64,000 bases of DNA from Longimicrobiales bacterium (GTDB lineage: Bacteria > Gemmatimonadota > Gemmatimonadetes > Longimicrobiales > Gaopeijiaceae): NCBI GenBank assembly GCA_963422615.1, contig OY730414.1:186001-250000 (forward strand), written 5' to 3'. Of the stretch, positions 1 through 10,236 are shown piece after piece. How positions within the stretch are numbered: the first letter of the stretch is position 1; each line of letters begins with the position of its first letter. The notes under the pieces are model-generated. The model had not been told where the DNA came from and made no database searches. It worked only from the letters and a program-made list of their open reading frames with translations. The translations under genes and the position numbers were made by a program.

Positions 1-54
1 AACTAGGCGGCTCGCTCCGCAGGCGCTGTATCCTGCATAATGGATTGAGTGACT

Positions 55-88
55 TCGGTCGGCAGGGCCTGGAGGCTCTGCCGACCGA
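55..88. repeat. Inverted repeat / stem-loop (15-bp stem, 4-nt loop); possible terminator
   Basis: tcggtcggcagggcc-tgga-ggctctgccgaccga pairs fully with one G-U pair and is followed by cttccatttgtt. Confidence 0.55.
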
Positions 89-149
89 CTTCCATTTGTT
101 GAGCCGCCCTTTCCTCGGGCATCGGTCAAGCACAGGCCGATAGCTGTCC

Positions 150-3100
150 ATGCGATCTTTCCGACCAAGAAAGAAAACGGGTACGACCCAACAGCTCTAC
201 CTGAATTTCGAGGACCCCCCGCAAGCTGCCCACAAGAAGGGCGACTCTCCCCGGGAGCCCCTCGGCACCAACACTTGCGTCCTCGTCCGGGAGATGGAAG
301 GGCTGGCCCGGGAAGGCGGTCTGCGCCGAAGGGTCCTGTTGGCCCGCACCCGGGGGGAGGGCAAGGAGCTCCTGCGCCAGCTTGCCCTGCGGGGCTTTTC
401 CTGGGTGGGCTTCGATGTTACGACCGTCCGTCTCCTTGCGGTCCGGCTGGCTTCGGCCCGGCTCGGCCCAGAGGGCATCTCGGTGCTGGATGTCTTTGAG
501 GAGCAGGCGCGTATCGAACAGGCCATTGACGATGTGCTCCTCTCTCCTTCCCGGGATGTGGAGCAAAGCCGATTCCAGGCTTTCGTGAACAAGGTGGGCT
601 TCCGGGACGCCGTCCGGAGGTCGATCGTCGCGCTCCGCATGGGAGGCATCCGCGCCAAAGCCCTGGGCAAAGCCGTCAGCCGCAGTTCGGAGAAGCAGAT
701 CCTGATCACCTCGGTTCTCGCCCGGTTCGAGACCCTTCTCCGAGAGGCCAGGCTGGCCGACCTGGCCTGCGTACTGGAGCTGGCCCTGGAAGCCCTGGGT
801 GAAGACACCTGGAGACCGCCCGAAAACGAGCGCTACTACTTGGTGCCGGGACTCCCGGACCGAGGGCTGGAGGGCAGATTTCTTCGCCAGCTTCAGCACC
901 GGGGCGCCGGGCTTCTCCGGACTGACCCGGTAGAGGGGCTTCGGGTGCCCCGAGGCATCTTATGGGATGTGGCTCCTCCCGCGGCCACGGGCAGTTACCT
1001 CCACGCGGTTGAGCGCCCAGGCGAGCGTCCCGGCGGGGGGATCGAAGTATTCGCCGCGGCTTCCGTCTACGACGAGTTGCGGGGCGTGCTGCGAAGAGTC
1101 CTGGACCGGGGCGCCCGTTGGGACGAGGTGGAGATCATCACCTCCGATGCGGCAACATACGGGTCCGCACTTCACGCGCTTGCAGTGCCCCTGGGGATTC
1201 CTGTCACGTTCTCGGTTGGCCTTCCGGTGGAGCGAACCCGTCCCGGCCGGGTGGTCTCGACGTACTTCCGCTGGATCAGGAGTGGGTTCCAAGAGTCGGA
1301 TCTGAGGGCCCTCGTCGAGTCAAAAGACATAGAGCCACCGGCCCCCTACAACTGGATTGCGGGTCCCCGTCTGGCGCGTACCCTGCGGCGACTGCGGATC
1401 GGGTGGGGAAGGGCCCGATACATGGACGCCATTGAGCGGGGCCTTTCCGGCCTGGACGACCTTGCGCAGGGACGGTTCGAAGACGAACAGGGCTTTCTTG
1501 GCCGCAAGAAGCGGCAGGAAGAGGACCTTCGAGCCCTGGAAGCACTTCTGCGCCCCGTTCTCGCGGCGACTCCGCCAACGGAAGACGACCGCGCTGGGCC
1601 CCGAACATCGGTGCCCCCGGGGACCCTGCCACCCGGGGATGGGGAGGGATCGCCCGCTCTTGTCTCCCCCGCCCAAGCCGCGACGGGCGTGAAGAGCCTT
1701 CTGGCGCGCATGGCCGCGGGAACCCCTTCCGACGAGACCGCCCAGTCCCGACTGATGCGCCTTCTGGACCGCATCGAGGCCACGCTGCACCGGAAGACGG
1801 ATTCCGCATCGGCCCTGGCCATCGTTCAGGGCTTCCTCAGGATCCGGATTCCTACTCCCCGGGCGGAGGGCATGGCACCCTGGACGTCCGCCCCTGGCCA
1901 TCTCCACCTCACGGACCTGGAGCACGGAGGCGCCACGGGACGACGGTTGACCTTCATCACGGGGCTGGACGCCGGTCGATTTCCCGGGACGGCCCTGGAA
2001 GACCCTCTCCTGCTGGACCGGGAGCGCTTGCGTCTGCGCCAAGGAGTTCTGCCCCTTGCGAGAGATCGATCGGCAGAAGCCCGCTTTCTTTTCGCCGCGC
2101 TTTTTGCTCGGATCCGGGGGGACGTGACGCTGAGCTATCTCCGCTGGGACCCTTCCCAGGCCCGGGCCATGAACCCAGCGCCTGAGATGCTCCAGGCCTA
2201 CCGCCTCCGGGAGGGGGATCGAACCCTCACCTTCGAAGACCTGGAACGCCACCTGGGCGAAGCGGAATCGCGTCTTCCCCGTTCCGATGTTCGCGGAGAG
2301 CTGGATGCGGACGATGTGTGGCTGCGCACCCTTGTCACCGACGACGGCAGGCTCAGGAACGGACTGGCGGCCGCCGGTCGGGCCTTCCCCGGGTTGGGGC
2401 AAGGATTGGCGGCAGCAGCCGCGCTTCGAGGCAGCGGCGCGTCGGTACACACAGGAATCCTGGGAACGGCATCACCATTTCCTTCCTACCAGGACCTCTC
2501 GGAAAGGGTTTTCTCCGCCAGCGGGCTCGGGGACTTGGGCGCTTGCCCCAGGCGATTCTTTCTGAGGTACATCCTCCGGGCGTACCCTCCCGACGACGCC
2601 CGCTTCGACCCCCACCGCTGGCTCGAACCCCTGGAACGGGGGAAGCTCCTTCACACGGTCTACCAGAAGGTCCTCCAGCTGGGGAAGGAGAAAGGACTGG
2701 AACCTGCAGACAACGCGTTCATGGAGCTCGCTCTCTCACTGGTCAATGACGAAGGTGCCCGGACGCTGATCCATACGCCATCGCCTAGCTCGGCCGTGTA
2801 CGAATGGGAGATGGACGCGCTCCGAAACGATGTCCGATCCTTCGTGGAAATGGTCCGGAGCGACCCACCGCAGTGGGAGGCCCTGGAGTTGTCCTTCGGG
2901 ATGGACAGCGACACAGCCGTCGTCGCCGGCAACAAGCGGATCCTCGTTCGGGGTGCGATCGACCGGATCGACCGACGGGAGGATCGCCTGCGGGTCATTG
3001 ACTACAAGACCGGATGGTCCGGCGGGCACAGCAAGCGCAAGGGAGCCTACAACGGAGGACGGCGGTTTCAGCACTGGCTCTATACGACCGTGGCCTCCGG

Positions 3101-3425
3101 CATTCTTGGCCGACCCGCAGAACGGATGGAGTACCACTTTCCCACCCGGCGGGGAGAAAACAGGGTCAAGTCCTACCCAGCCCAGGAACTCGCGGATGGG
3201 GGAGCTCTGGTCGCTACAATGCTAGAAGGCATTGCAGAAGGCTGGTTTCCAGCCACCGACAATGCCAAGCAGGACTGCCGCTTCTGCGACTACAAGGAGG
3301 CGTGCAACGTTCGCGAAGTGCCCTGGCGTGGCGCGTCGTCGGTGTACGCAACCTGGACGAAGCGGAACCTGGACGATCTGAAACAGCTCAAGGTTCTGCG
3401 TCGAACCCGCCGCTGGGAAGACTAG
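150..3425 (+). CDS. addB: AddB-like helicase/nuclease subunit B (degenerate helicase + PD-(D/E)XK nuclease with Fe-S staple)
   Basis: C-terminal GAIDRIDR...VIDYKT nuclease motif; ACPRRF plus CRFCDYKEAC cysteines; stop lies 1 bp before the addA-like gene. True start may be downstream (ATG 294). Confidence 0.75.
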   Translation: MRSFRPRKKTGTTQQLYLNFEDPPQAAHKKGDSPREPLGTNTCVLVREMEGLAREGGLRRRVLLARTRGEGKELLRQLALRGFSWVGFDVTTVRLLAVRLASARLGPEGISVLDVFEEQARIEQAIDDVLLSPSRDVEQSRFQAFVNKVGFRDAVRRSIVALRMGGIRAKALGKAVSRSSEKQILITSVLARFETLLREARLADLACVLELALEALGEDTWRPPENERYYLVPGLPDRGLEGRFLRQLQHRGAGLLRTDPVEGLRVPRGILWDVAPPAATGSYLHAVERPGERPGGGIEVFAAASVYDELRGVLRRVLDRGARWDEVEIITSDAATYGSALHALAVPLGIPVTFSVGLPVERTRPGRVVSTYFRWIRSGFQESDLRALVESKDIEPPAPYNWIAGPRLARTLRRLRIGWGRARYMDAIERGLSGLDDLAQGRFEDEQGFLGRKKRQEEDLRALEALLRPVLAATPPTEDDRAGPRTSVPPGTLPPGDGEGSPALVSPAQAATGVKSLLARMAAGTPSDETAQSRLMRLLDRIEATLHRKTDSASALAIVQGFLRIRIPTPRAEGMAPWTSAPGHLHLTDLEHGGATGRRLTFITGLDAGRFPGTALEDPLLLDRERLRLRQGVLPLARDRSAEARFLFAALFARIRGDVTLSYLRWDPSQARAMNPAPEMLQAYRLREGDRTLTFEDLERHLGEAESRLPRSDVRGELDADDVWLRTLVTDDGRLRNGLAAAGRAFPGLGQGLAAAAALRGSGASVHTGILGTASPFPSYQDLSERVFSASGLGDLGACPRRFFLRYILRAYPPDDARFDPHRWLEPLERGKLLHTVYQKVLQLGKEKGLEPADNAFMELALSLVNDEGARTLIHTPSPSSAVYEWEMDALRNDVRSFVEMVRSDPPQWEALELSFGMDSDTAVVAGNKRILVRGAIDRIDRREDRLRVIDYKTGWSGGHSKRKGAYNGGRRFQHWLYTTVASGILGRPAERMEYHFPTRRGENRVKSYPAQELADGGALVATMLEGIAEGWFPATDNAKQDCRFCDYKEACNVREVPWRGASSVYATWTKRNLDDLKQLKVLRRTRRWED

Positions 3426-3426
3426 C

Positions 3427-6400
3427 GTGTCCTCTGGGCTCCTCCCCCCCGACCAGCCGATACGGCGGCAAATTTCCGAAGACCTGGAGCGGAACATCCT
3501 CGTGGAGGCGGGGGCCGGATCGGGAAAGACCAAAGCCCTGGTGGACCGAATGGTCGCCCTGATTCGACGCCGCGTCTGTTCCGTGGAACAAATCGCCGCG
3601 GTCACCTTTACGCGAAAAGCGGCCGCGGAACTTCGGCAGCGGTTTCAGGAAGAGTTGGAACAGGTGGCAGAGCGCCTGCTCCCGGAAGACCCGGTGCACA
3701 AGGCTACGGAAGAGGCCATTCGGAATCTGGATGGCGCCTTCCTGGGAACCATCCACGCGTTCTGTGCAAAGCTCTTGCGGGAGCGACCTCTGGAAGCGGG
3801 ACTGGATCCCGGGTTTCGAGAGCTTCTGGAGTCGGAGGCATATCGGACGCAACGGGCCTTCTGGATCGACTTCTTGGAGCACATGGGAACGACCGGGGAC
3901 CTCAGGCTCAACGAACTGGAGATCCTGGGCATTGCCCCGGACCGTCTTCAGGGTCTCTTTGATCGGATGGTGGAGAATCCGGATGTAGACTTCGGCTTTC
4001 GTCTCGCCGACCCTCCGAACCCGCAGGAGATCGCATCCGTGCGCGCCCGCTTCGAAAAACTCCTGGACCGGGCCGAAGCCCTCATGCCGACCCGGGAGCC
4101 GGAGGGCGGTTGGGATCCCCTCGCCCGGCGGGTCCGGACGGTGCTGTACTGGCGCCGATCTCTCGATTGGGGGGACGGACCGGTTTTCTTTGACGCACTG
4201 GCCAAATTCCGGGAGTGGAAGGGCAAGCCGGTCCAGAAGCGATGGTCCGGCACTCCCCGGGGAAAGGCGGCGGCCAAGCGACTGGGCGAAGACTTCCGAG
4301 CCTTCGGAGAGGCGCGGGGTCAGGCGTCTCGCCTGCTGGAATCATGGTGGGCGTATCTCTACCCGAAGGCCGTCAGTGTGGCCAAGTCCGCCGCGGACGC
4401 TTTCGCTCAGGAGCGCAAGGATCGGGGCATGCTGACCTTCCAGGACCTCCTGACCCTGTCCGCCGAGCTTCTTCGGGACAACTCGGACGCCCGCCGCGAC
4501 CTGGGAAACCGGTACCGCCGGATTCTCGTGGACGAATTCCAGGACACCGATCCACTTCAGGCCGAGGTTCTCTTCCTTCTGGCCAGCAAACCGGGTCCGC
4601 CGGACAAGGATGCAGAGACCGGTGAAGACTGGCGAAGCGTGATCCCCCGGGCGGGCGCGCTCTTCGTGGTGGGAGATCCGAAGCAGAGCATCTACCGCTT
4701 CAGACGAGCGGACATCTCCCTTTACGAATTTGTGAAGCAGCGTTTTCGCGCCTTCGGATCCATATTGCGTCTGGAAGCCAACTTCCGTTCTCGTCCGGCC
4801 ATCCAGGAAGTGGTGGCTGGCGTCTTCGACCGAGAGGAGATGTTCCCCAAAAAGGACACGGACGCCCAAGCCGCCTTCGCACCGCTTTTAGCCCAGCGCG
4901 GCAGAGAGCCGGGCGCCTTCCGAGGCACCCTGGTTGCCTACCGGGTGGAAGGGAAAAAGAAGGACGAGATCGCCCGGGACGATGCCGCCCGCATCGCAAC
5001 GTCCATTGCCCAGCGCGTGGGCAGCGGGGAAAGGAAAGCTGGTGACTTCATGATCCTGACCCGGAATCGAAGTCACCTCTCCGTATACGCCCGATCCCTG
5101 GAAGATCGGAATCTTCCCGTAGAGGTGTCCGGCGCGGGCATAGGCTTTGAGGAAGAGCTGGCCGCTTTCCTCCTTCTCTTTCGCTGCTTGTCGGATCCGA
5201 CCGATTCGGTGCGGATCCTAGGCGTGCTGGGCGGTCCGTTCTTCGGGATTTCCCTTGACCAGATCGGGGCACACAAGGACGGGGGCGGCTCCCTCTCGTT
5301 CACCCGGCCTCCCCAGGACGACGGCTCCCCGCCCCGGGGGGACAGCGATGTGGCCGAAGCCCTGGCCACCCTGCACGGCTGGTGGAAACGCTCCCGGCGG
5401 GAACCGGCCGACATTACGGCCGAGCGCTTGGTCCGGGCGACAGGCCTATTCCCCTTGGCCGCCGGGGGACCCCTCGGGCAGCTTCGAGCGGGAACCCTGG
5501 TCTACCTGCTGGACGCGGTTCGGGCCCGGGCCCTCGCCGGGGACACCTCCCTCGCGGGGGCCGTGGAAGCCATAGAAACGGCGCTGGCCTGGTCCGACGC
5601 GGAGGCTCCCCTCGTTCCGTCTCGGGGAGACGCCATCCAGGTCATGAATCTTCACCGGGCCAAGGGACTGGAGGGGAGAGTGGTGTTTCTGGCCTCTCCC
5701 TTTGGGGAAAGGGTCAGGAGCGTAGACATGCGGATCACTCGGGGTGGGGACGGTGTGGCCCTGGGGACGATTCCCGTCGTCGAGCGGGCCCGGTATCACA
5801 CGAGGATCATCGCGAGGCCGTCCACCTGGGAAGCCGACGAAGCGGAGGAGAAGGCCTTCGTGGAAGCCGAGAAGAAACGTCTTCTCTACGTCGCGGTCAC
5901 CCGCGCCAGAGACGAGCTGTGGGTGGCTCGGGGGAAGTCCTCACCCTGGGCGGACATCGAGAAATGGCTGGTCAAGGGCGTCGGGACCGCCGGCGAAGCC
6001 GGTTCCAGGGATGGACGTACTCCCACCAACAAGGCCGGGAAACCAAACAGCTTCGCTGTCGACGTGTCCCCTGAAGCCCCCATGATCCAGCTTGTAGACC
6101 TCCCCCCGGAGCCTCCTCCAGACGCCGACCTACTCGACCCGGAAACGAACCTGGCGGGCCCGACCGCCACCGCGGAAGCCGCGGTCCACCGAGCCCGGAT
6201 TCCAGGCTACAACTTGGCGACGGTAACCGCTAGGGCCAGGGGCGAAGACACCGTCTCCCCGAAGACGGGTATGGTTTCCGGGGTTAGTACCACCGTTCGA
6301 ACGGGTGACTTCCCCCTTGCCCCACTTCCTCCCGCCGACGGGGGGCTGGAATGGGGAAGCGTGGTTCACGCCGCCCTGGCGGCCGCCGGAAGTGGCGCCG

Positions 6401-6837
6401 AAGGGGACTCCTTCGCCCGAATCGCACGGGACCTTCTGGTAGAGTACGAACGGCCCACGGATTCCCACGGGCACCCTGCGGAACTGGAAGCCCTCCTGAC
6501 CTTGGTCGCTTCGGTGCGGGAGTCGGACGTGTGGGCCAGAGCCATGGCCAGCAAGGAGCGCTACACGGAGATGCCTTTTGCCGTGAACCGGAGCGGCGAA
6601 TCGGGTCCGCCAGAGGTCCTGGAAGGCGTGATCGACTTGGTGTTCAAGGAAGGGAACCGGTGGATTGTGGCCGACTACAAGACAGACGTCGGAAGAGACC
6701 CCGCTTTCCGCCACCGACTTCGGAGCTACCGGGCCCAGGTAGACCTCTACGCCACCTGCTGGGAAGAGATTACGGGAAACAAGACCGGCGAGCGGATACT
6801 GATCTTCCCCGCCCAGGGTCGGACAGAGTCCTGGTAG
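3427..6837 (+). CDS. addA: AddA-like UvrD/SF1 helicase-nuclease
   Basis: EAGAGSGKT, VTFTRKAA, VDEFQDTD, GDPKQSIYRFR, HRAKGLE, YVAVTRARD; C-terminal EGVIDL...DYKT nuclease. Confidence 0.85.
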   Translation: MSSGLLPPDQPIRRQISEDLERNILVEAGAGSGKTKALVDRMVALIRRRVCSVEQIAAVTFTRKAAAELRQRFQEELEQVAERLLPEDPVHKATEEAIRNLDGAFLGTIHAFCAKLLRERPLEAGLDPGFRELLESEAYRTQRAFWIDFLEHMGTTGDLRLNELEILGIAPDRLQGLFDRMVENPDVDFGFRLADPPNPQEIASVRARFEKLLDRAEALMPTREPEGGWDPLARRVRTVLYWRRSLDWGDGPVFFDALAKFREWKGKPVQKRWSGTPRGKAAAKRLGEDFRAFGEARGQASRLLESWWAYLYPKAVSVAKSAADAFAQERKDRGMLTFQDLLTLSAELLRDNSDARRDLGNRYRRILVDEFQDTDPLQAEVLFLLASKPGPPDKDAETGEDWRSVIPRAGALFVVGDPKQSIYRFRRADISLYEFVKQRFRAFGSILRLEANFRSRPAIQEVVAGVFDREEMFPKKDTDAQAAFAPLLAQRGREPGAFRGTLVAYRVEGKKKDEIARDDAARIATSIAQRVGSGERKAGDFMILTRNRSHLSVYARSLEDRNLPVEVSGAGIGFEEELAAFLLLFRCLSDPTDSVRILGVLGGPFFGISLDQIGAHKDGGGSLSFTRPPQDDGSPPRGDSDVAEALATLHGWWKRSRREPADITAERLVRATGLFPLAAGGPLGQLRAGTLVYLLDAVRARALAGDTSLAGAVEAIETALAWSDAEAPLVPSRGDAIQVMNLHRAKGLEGRVVFLASPFGERVRSVDMRITRGGDGVALGTIPVVERARYHTRIIARPSTWEADEAEEKAFVEAEKKRLLYVAVTRARDELWVARGKSSPWADIEKWLVKGVGTAGEAGSRDGRTPTNKAGKPNSFAVDVSPEAPMIQLVDLPPEPPPDADLLDPETNLAGPTATAEAAVHRARIPGYNLATVTARARGEDTVSPKTGMVSGVSTTVRTGDFPLAPLPPADGGLEWGSVVHAALAAAGSGAEGDSFARIARDLLVEYERPTDSHGHPAELEALLTLVASVRESDVWARAMASKERYTEMPFAVNRSGESGPPEVLEGVIDLVFKEGNRWIVADYKTDVGRDPAFRHRLRSYRAQVDLYATCWEEITGNKTGERILIFPAQGRTESW

Positions 6838-6941
6838 AGATTGATATCCCTTGGCCGGAATCAGAACCTCCCGCCGACCGACAGGGTGGCCATTTGGGCC
6901 CGCCGGATATCCGCAACGACCGCTTTTCCCCCGAGGAGAAA

Positions 6942-8462
6942 ATGAATCGAATTCCGTCTCGCAGAGCGTTTCTTAAAGCCGGAGCCGCAGGGATTGTCGG
7001 CTCGGTCCTCGCTCCCGACCGCCTTCGGTCCGACCCCTATGCACACTTGGGCCTCACAACCCCCGGAGTCCGGGCCCTTCCTCCCGTCCGGGTTCGGGGC
7101 GTGGTTCGCGCTGGAGGGGTGGGACTTCCCCGGGTTCCGGTCTCCGATGGGCTTCAGGTCGTCGATACGGGGACCGACGGCTCCTTCGAGATCGTCACGA
7201 CCCCCGACCAAGAGTTCGTGTGGTTTTCGCTTCCGTCCGGATTCCGGGTCCCCGTGACTCCCGTCGGGACCGCCCGCTTCCACCAGCGCCTCACGGCGGA
7301 ACGGGAGCAGACCGCCGTCTTCGATCTGGAGCCCGACTCCGGGTCCCAGGAGGATCACACCCTGTTGCTTCTGGGGGACATTCAGACCCAGAACGAGGAG
7401 GAGATGGGCTGGTTCCTGGAGCAGTCGGTACCCGACCTCCAGGAGACGGTGCGGGCCATGGGGGACTCGCATGTCTTCGGGATATCGTGCGGGGATATCA
7501 TGTTCGACAATTTGGAGATGTATCCCGCTTACGAGCGGGGCGTCCAACGGGTCGGCGTCCCCTTTTTCCAAGTCGTCGGCAACCACGACCTGGACATGCA
7601 CAACCCGACCGACGAGGGATCGACGAAGACCTTCAGCCGCCACTTCGGCCCCCGCTACTACTCTTTCAACCGCGGGGCCGTCCACTACGTGGTTCTGGAC
7701 GACGTCTTCTGGCACGGAAGCGGCTACATCGGCTACCTGGGCGCCGATGCGCTCTCTTGGCTTGAACAGGACTTGGCCAGGGTTGAAACCGGGTCGCCGG
7801 TCATCGTCGCCACGCACATTCCCGTATTGGGGAGCCAGCACCGCCGCAGGGGTGAATCCGCACCCCGAACCGGACTTGCGGTCATGAACCGGGAGGCCCT
7901 CTACCGTCTCCTGGAACCCTTTGCCGCCCACATCCTCACCGGACATACCCACGAATCCGAACATCTCTTCGAGCAAGGCACCCACGAACACGTCACCGGA
8001 GCCGTCTGCGGGGCATGGTGGAGCGGACCGATCTGCCACGACGGCACTCCGAACGGCTATTGCGTCTACCGAATCCGGGGCGAAGAAGTCACTTGGCGGT
8101 ACAAGACCACGGGTCAAGCGCGGGATCACCAGATGCGAATTTACCCTCCTGGATCCGACCCGGCAGCACCCGGCGAATTCCTGGTGAACGTATGGGACTG
8201 GGACCCCGGATGGGTGGTTCGGTGGTTCTCCGACGGGGAGCCCCGAGGAGAGATGATCCGCAAGACAGGGCTTGACCCCCTCAGCGTGAAACTACACACA
8301 GGGCCTGCGCTTCCCCCGCGCCGAAGCTGGGTTGAGCCCGTTCCCACCGACCATCTTTTTCGCGCTCCGGTGTCCCGGAACGAAGCGGCGGTCGTTACCG
8401 TGGAAGTCACGAACCGCTTCGGCCACGTGTATACCCGGGAATGGCGGAGGGAATCACCCTGA
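6942..8462 (+). CDS. Tat-exported calcineurin-like metallophosphoesterase
   Basis: gaggag RBS before ATG 6942; SRRAFLK twin-arginine signal; GDIQ, GDIMFD, GNHD, HIP and GHTH motifs. Confidence 0.85.
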   Translation: MNRIPSRRAFLKAGAAGIVGSVLAPDRLRSDPYAHLGLTTPGVRALPPVRVRGVVRAGGVGLPRVPVSDGLQVVDTGTDGSFEIVTTPDQEFVWFSLPSGFRVPVTPVGTARFHQRLTAEREQTAVFDLEPDSGSQEDHTLLLLGDIQTQNEEEMGWFLEQSVPDLQETVRAMGDSHVFGISCGDIMFDNLEMYPAYERGVQRVGVPFFQVVGNHDLDMHNPTDEGSTKTFSRHFGPRYYSFNRGAVHYVVLDDVFWHGSGYIGYLGADALSWLEQDLARVETGSPVIVATHIPVLGSQHRRRGESAPRTGLAVMNREALYRLLEPFAAHILTGHTHESEHLFEQGTHEHVTGAVCGAWWSGPICHDGTPNGYCVYRIRGEEVTWRYKTTGQARDHQMRIYPPGSDPAAPGEFLVNVWDWDPGWVVRWFSDGEPRGEMIRKTGLDPLSVKLHTGPALPPRRSWVEPVPTDHLFRAPVSRNEAAVVTVEVTNRFGHVYTREWRRESP

Positions 8463-8611
8463 AGCGTGCGTAGCGGTCACCGGCGTCGGCCCTTTCGCAA
8501 ACCGACGTAAGGCGGCCCCGCGATGCCGGGCCGGACCTTCGGTGCCAACGTACCCGGCGCGACTCACACCACCATGGACGACTTCATCCACCGGAAGACG
8601 GGTAGGAAGCG

Positions 8612-9634
8612 GTGATCGGTCTCCGGCCCGGTACGTCCAGGCTGCTCCTGGTCATCGTGTACTTCACCTTGTTGACGGTCGTCGGGGCCATCGGCTACAT
8701 GGCAGTGGAAGGATGGTCCTGGAGGGACGCCCTGTACATGACGGCGATCACCCTGACTGCGGTCGGGTTCCATGAAGTGCACCCCCTGACGGAAGGCGGT
8801 CGCTACTGGACCATGGGCCTCCTCGCAGGGGGTCTGACCGGCCTGGGTATGTGGTTCGCCCTCGTGACTTCCTTCGTGGTCCGGATGGACATCGGCAACG
8901 CGTACAAGAGGCGCAAGACCATGCAAAAGATCAACCGCATCAAGGGTCACATGATCGTCTGCGGAGGAGGGAGAATGGGCCGTCAGGTTATGCAGGAACT
9001 CGACGGCGCAAAGAAGCCCCATGTGCTCATCGAACAAGACCGCACAACGATCGAATCCCTGCGCAAGACGCAACCCGACGCGCTCATCATTCACGACGAT
9101 GCAACCCAGGACAGAGTATTGCGGGAGGCGGGGATCGAGAAGGCTGCAGGGCTGGTGTCCTGCCTCTCGTCAGACACCGACAACCTCTTCGTGTGCCTTT
9201 CCGCACGTCACTTGAATCGTGATCTCGTGGTCGTCGCTCGGGCGGAAGGCAAACCGGCCACCGCGAAGATGTATCGGGCGGGGGCCGATCATGTGGTCAG
9301 CCCGAACGTAACCGGAGCGATCCGGGTGGCGTCAGTACTGGCGCGTCCCGCCATTGCATCGTTTCTCGACATCGCCGTGCCCGGGGGTCAGCGATCCCGC
9401 CGCCTGGAGCAGGCCACGGTCGGCGCAAAGTCAAAGGTTGCAGGACGTACCCTCGCCGACGCCGACCTTCCGAGCAAAACCGGAATGATCATCATCGCCA
9501 TCCGCAAGCGTGGAGCGGAACCGGGCGAAATCATCTTCAACCCCAACGCGTCCACGCTCCTGAATGCAGGGGACGATGTCATCGTCATGGGCAGTGACGA
9601 TCAGATTCGAAGCCTGCGGGAGTACCTGAGCTAA
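8612..9634 (+). CDS. Potassium channel family protein (2TM pore + TrkA-N/TrkA-C RCK domains)
   Basis: Two TM helices around TLTAVGF; GHMIVCGGGRMG Rossmann motif; AGADHVVSP; C-terminal IIAIRK...FNP. Confidence 0.85.
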   Translation: MIGLRPGTSRLLLVIVYFTLLTVVGAIGYMAVEGWSWRDALYMTAITLTAVGFHEVHPLTEGGRYWTMGLLAGGLTGLGMWFALVTSFVVRMDIGNAYKRRKTMQKINRIKGHMIVCGGGRMGRQVMQELDGAKKPHVLIEQDRTTIESLRKTQPDALIIHDDATQDRVLREAGIEKAAGLVSCLSSDTDNLFVCLSARHLNRDLVVVARAEGKPATAKMYRAGADHVVSPNVTGAIRVASVLARPAIASFLDIAVPGGQRSRRLEQATVGAKSKVAGRTLADADLPSKTGMIIIAIRKRGAEPGEIIFNPNASTLLNAGDDVIVMGSDDQIRSLREYLS

Positions 9635-9655
9635 GGGGGGGGGGGGGGGGGGGGG
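9635..9655. repeat. G21 homopolymer
   Basis: 21 consecutive G directly after the TAA at 9632-9634. Confidence 0.95.
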
Positions 9656-9714
9656 AGCGCAACTTTCTGCCCCAGCGGAAGAGGCGAACCACTACTTGAG
9701 CGAACGCGATTCAA

Positions 9715-10236
9715 TCAGCCCTCTCTCGTCCAATCAAAGCGCACCTTCAGCGCCCGAAGCATCGCAAACGGGTTATCGTACCGCACGCCGAACCGAACGC
9801 ATACATCAGGCAGTTTGACTGCTTTTCTGGACTTCGGCGCACTCTGCTCGTTCGTCACGACAGTAGCCCCGTGAACCCGTGCGTAGGCAACGAGCCAGCC
9901 GTCCGCACCCTTCGCGAACTGCGCCTTCGCATGGTCCCGGTACTGGGAATGGCCTTGAACCCAAGCCATGACTTCTGCATAGGCTCGGGTCACCGCAGCG
10001 TCCACGGAGATAAAGAACTTTTTCGGGACTTGGTTAATCACCCACAAGACGAGATTGTCCTCTTTATGACCCTTGAGGAGTTCACCGCGAACCCTGTCGA
10101 CGCTGAAGACTAGGCCCTTTTGGTAGTGATGAACGACACTCTTCCAAAAGCCGGGACAAATGTCGAAGGAGTAGTATAAGTTCTTCGCCGTGATGAACAC
10201 GTCTGAATCCAGGATGTAGGTGCGGTTCTCCATCAT
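9715..10236 (-). CDS. DUF4411-family PIN-like domain protein (putative toxin/nuclease)
   Basis: YILDSDVFI...YYSFDICPGFW, ADGWLVAYA, VVTNE and KLPDVC pattern typical of DUF4411; ATGA overlap with the upstream gene. Confidence 0.8.
   Translation of the reverse strand: MMENRTYILDSDVFITAKNLYYSFDICPGFWKSVVHHYQKGLVFSVDRVRGELLKGHKEDNLVLWVINQVPKKFFISVDAAVTRAYAEVMAWVQGHSQYRDHAKAQFAKGADGWLVAYARVHGATVVTNEQSAPKSRKAVKLPDVCVRFGVRYDNPFAMLRALKVRFDWTREG

Noticed and set aside
1..108. Integron attC site (gttgagc matches GTTRRRY)
   Set aside because: Complementary R'' and L boxes are not convincing, the window edge truncates the context, and there is no integrase or cassette array.
150..6837. Helicase + nuclease pair as a novel defence system
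   Set aside because: Motifs, order, Fe-S staple and host-like GC fit ordinary AddAB-type DNA repair.
6351..6941. N-terminal 197 aa of the 703-aa ORF
   Set aside because: Overlaps addA; the RBS and Tat signal place the start at 6942.
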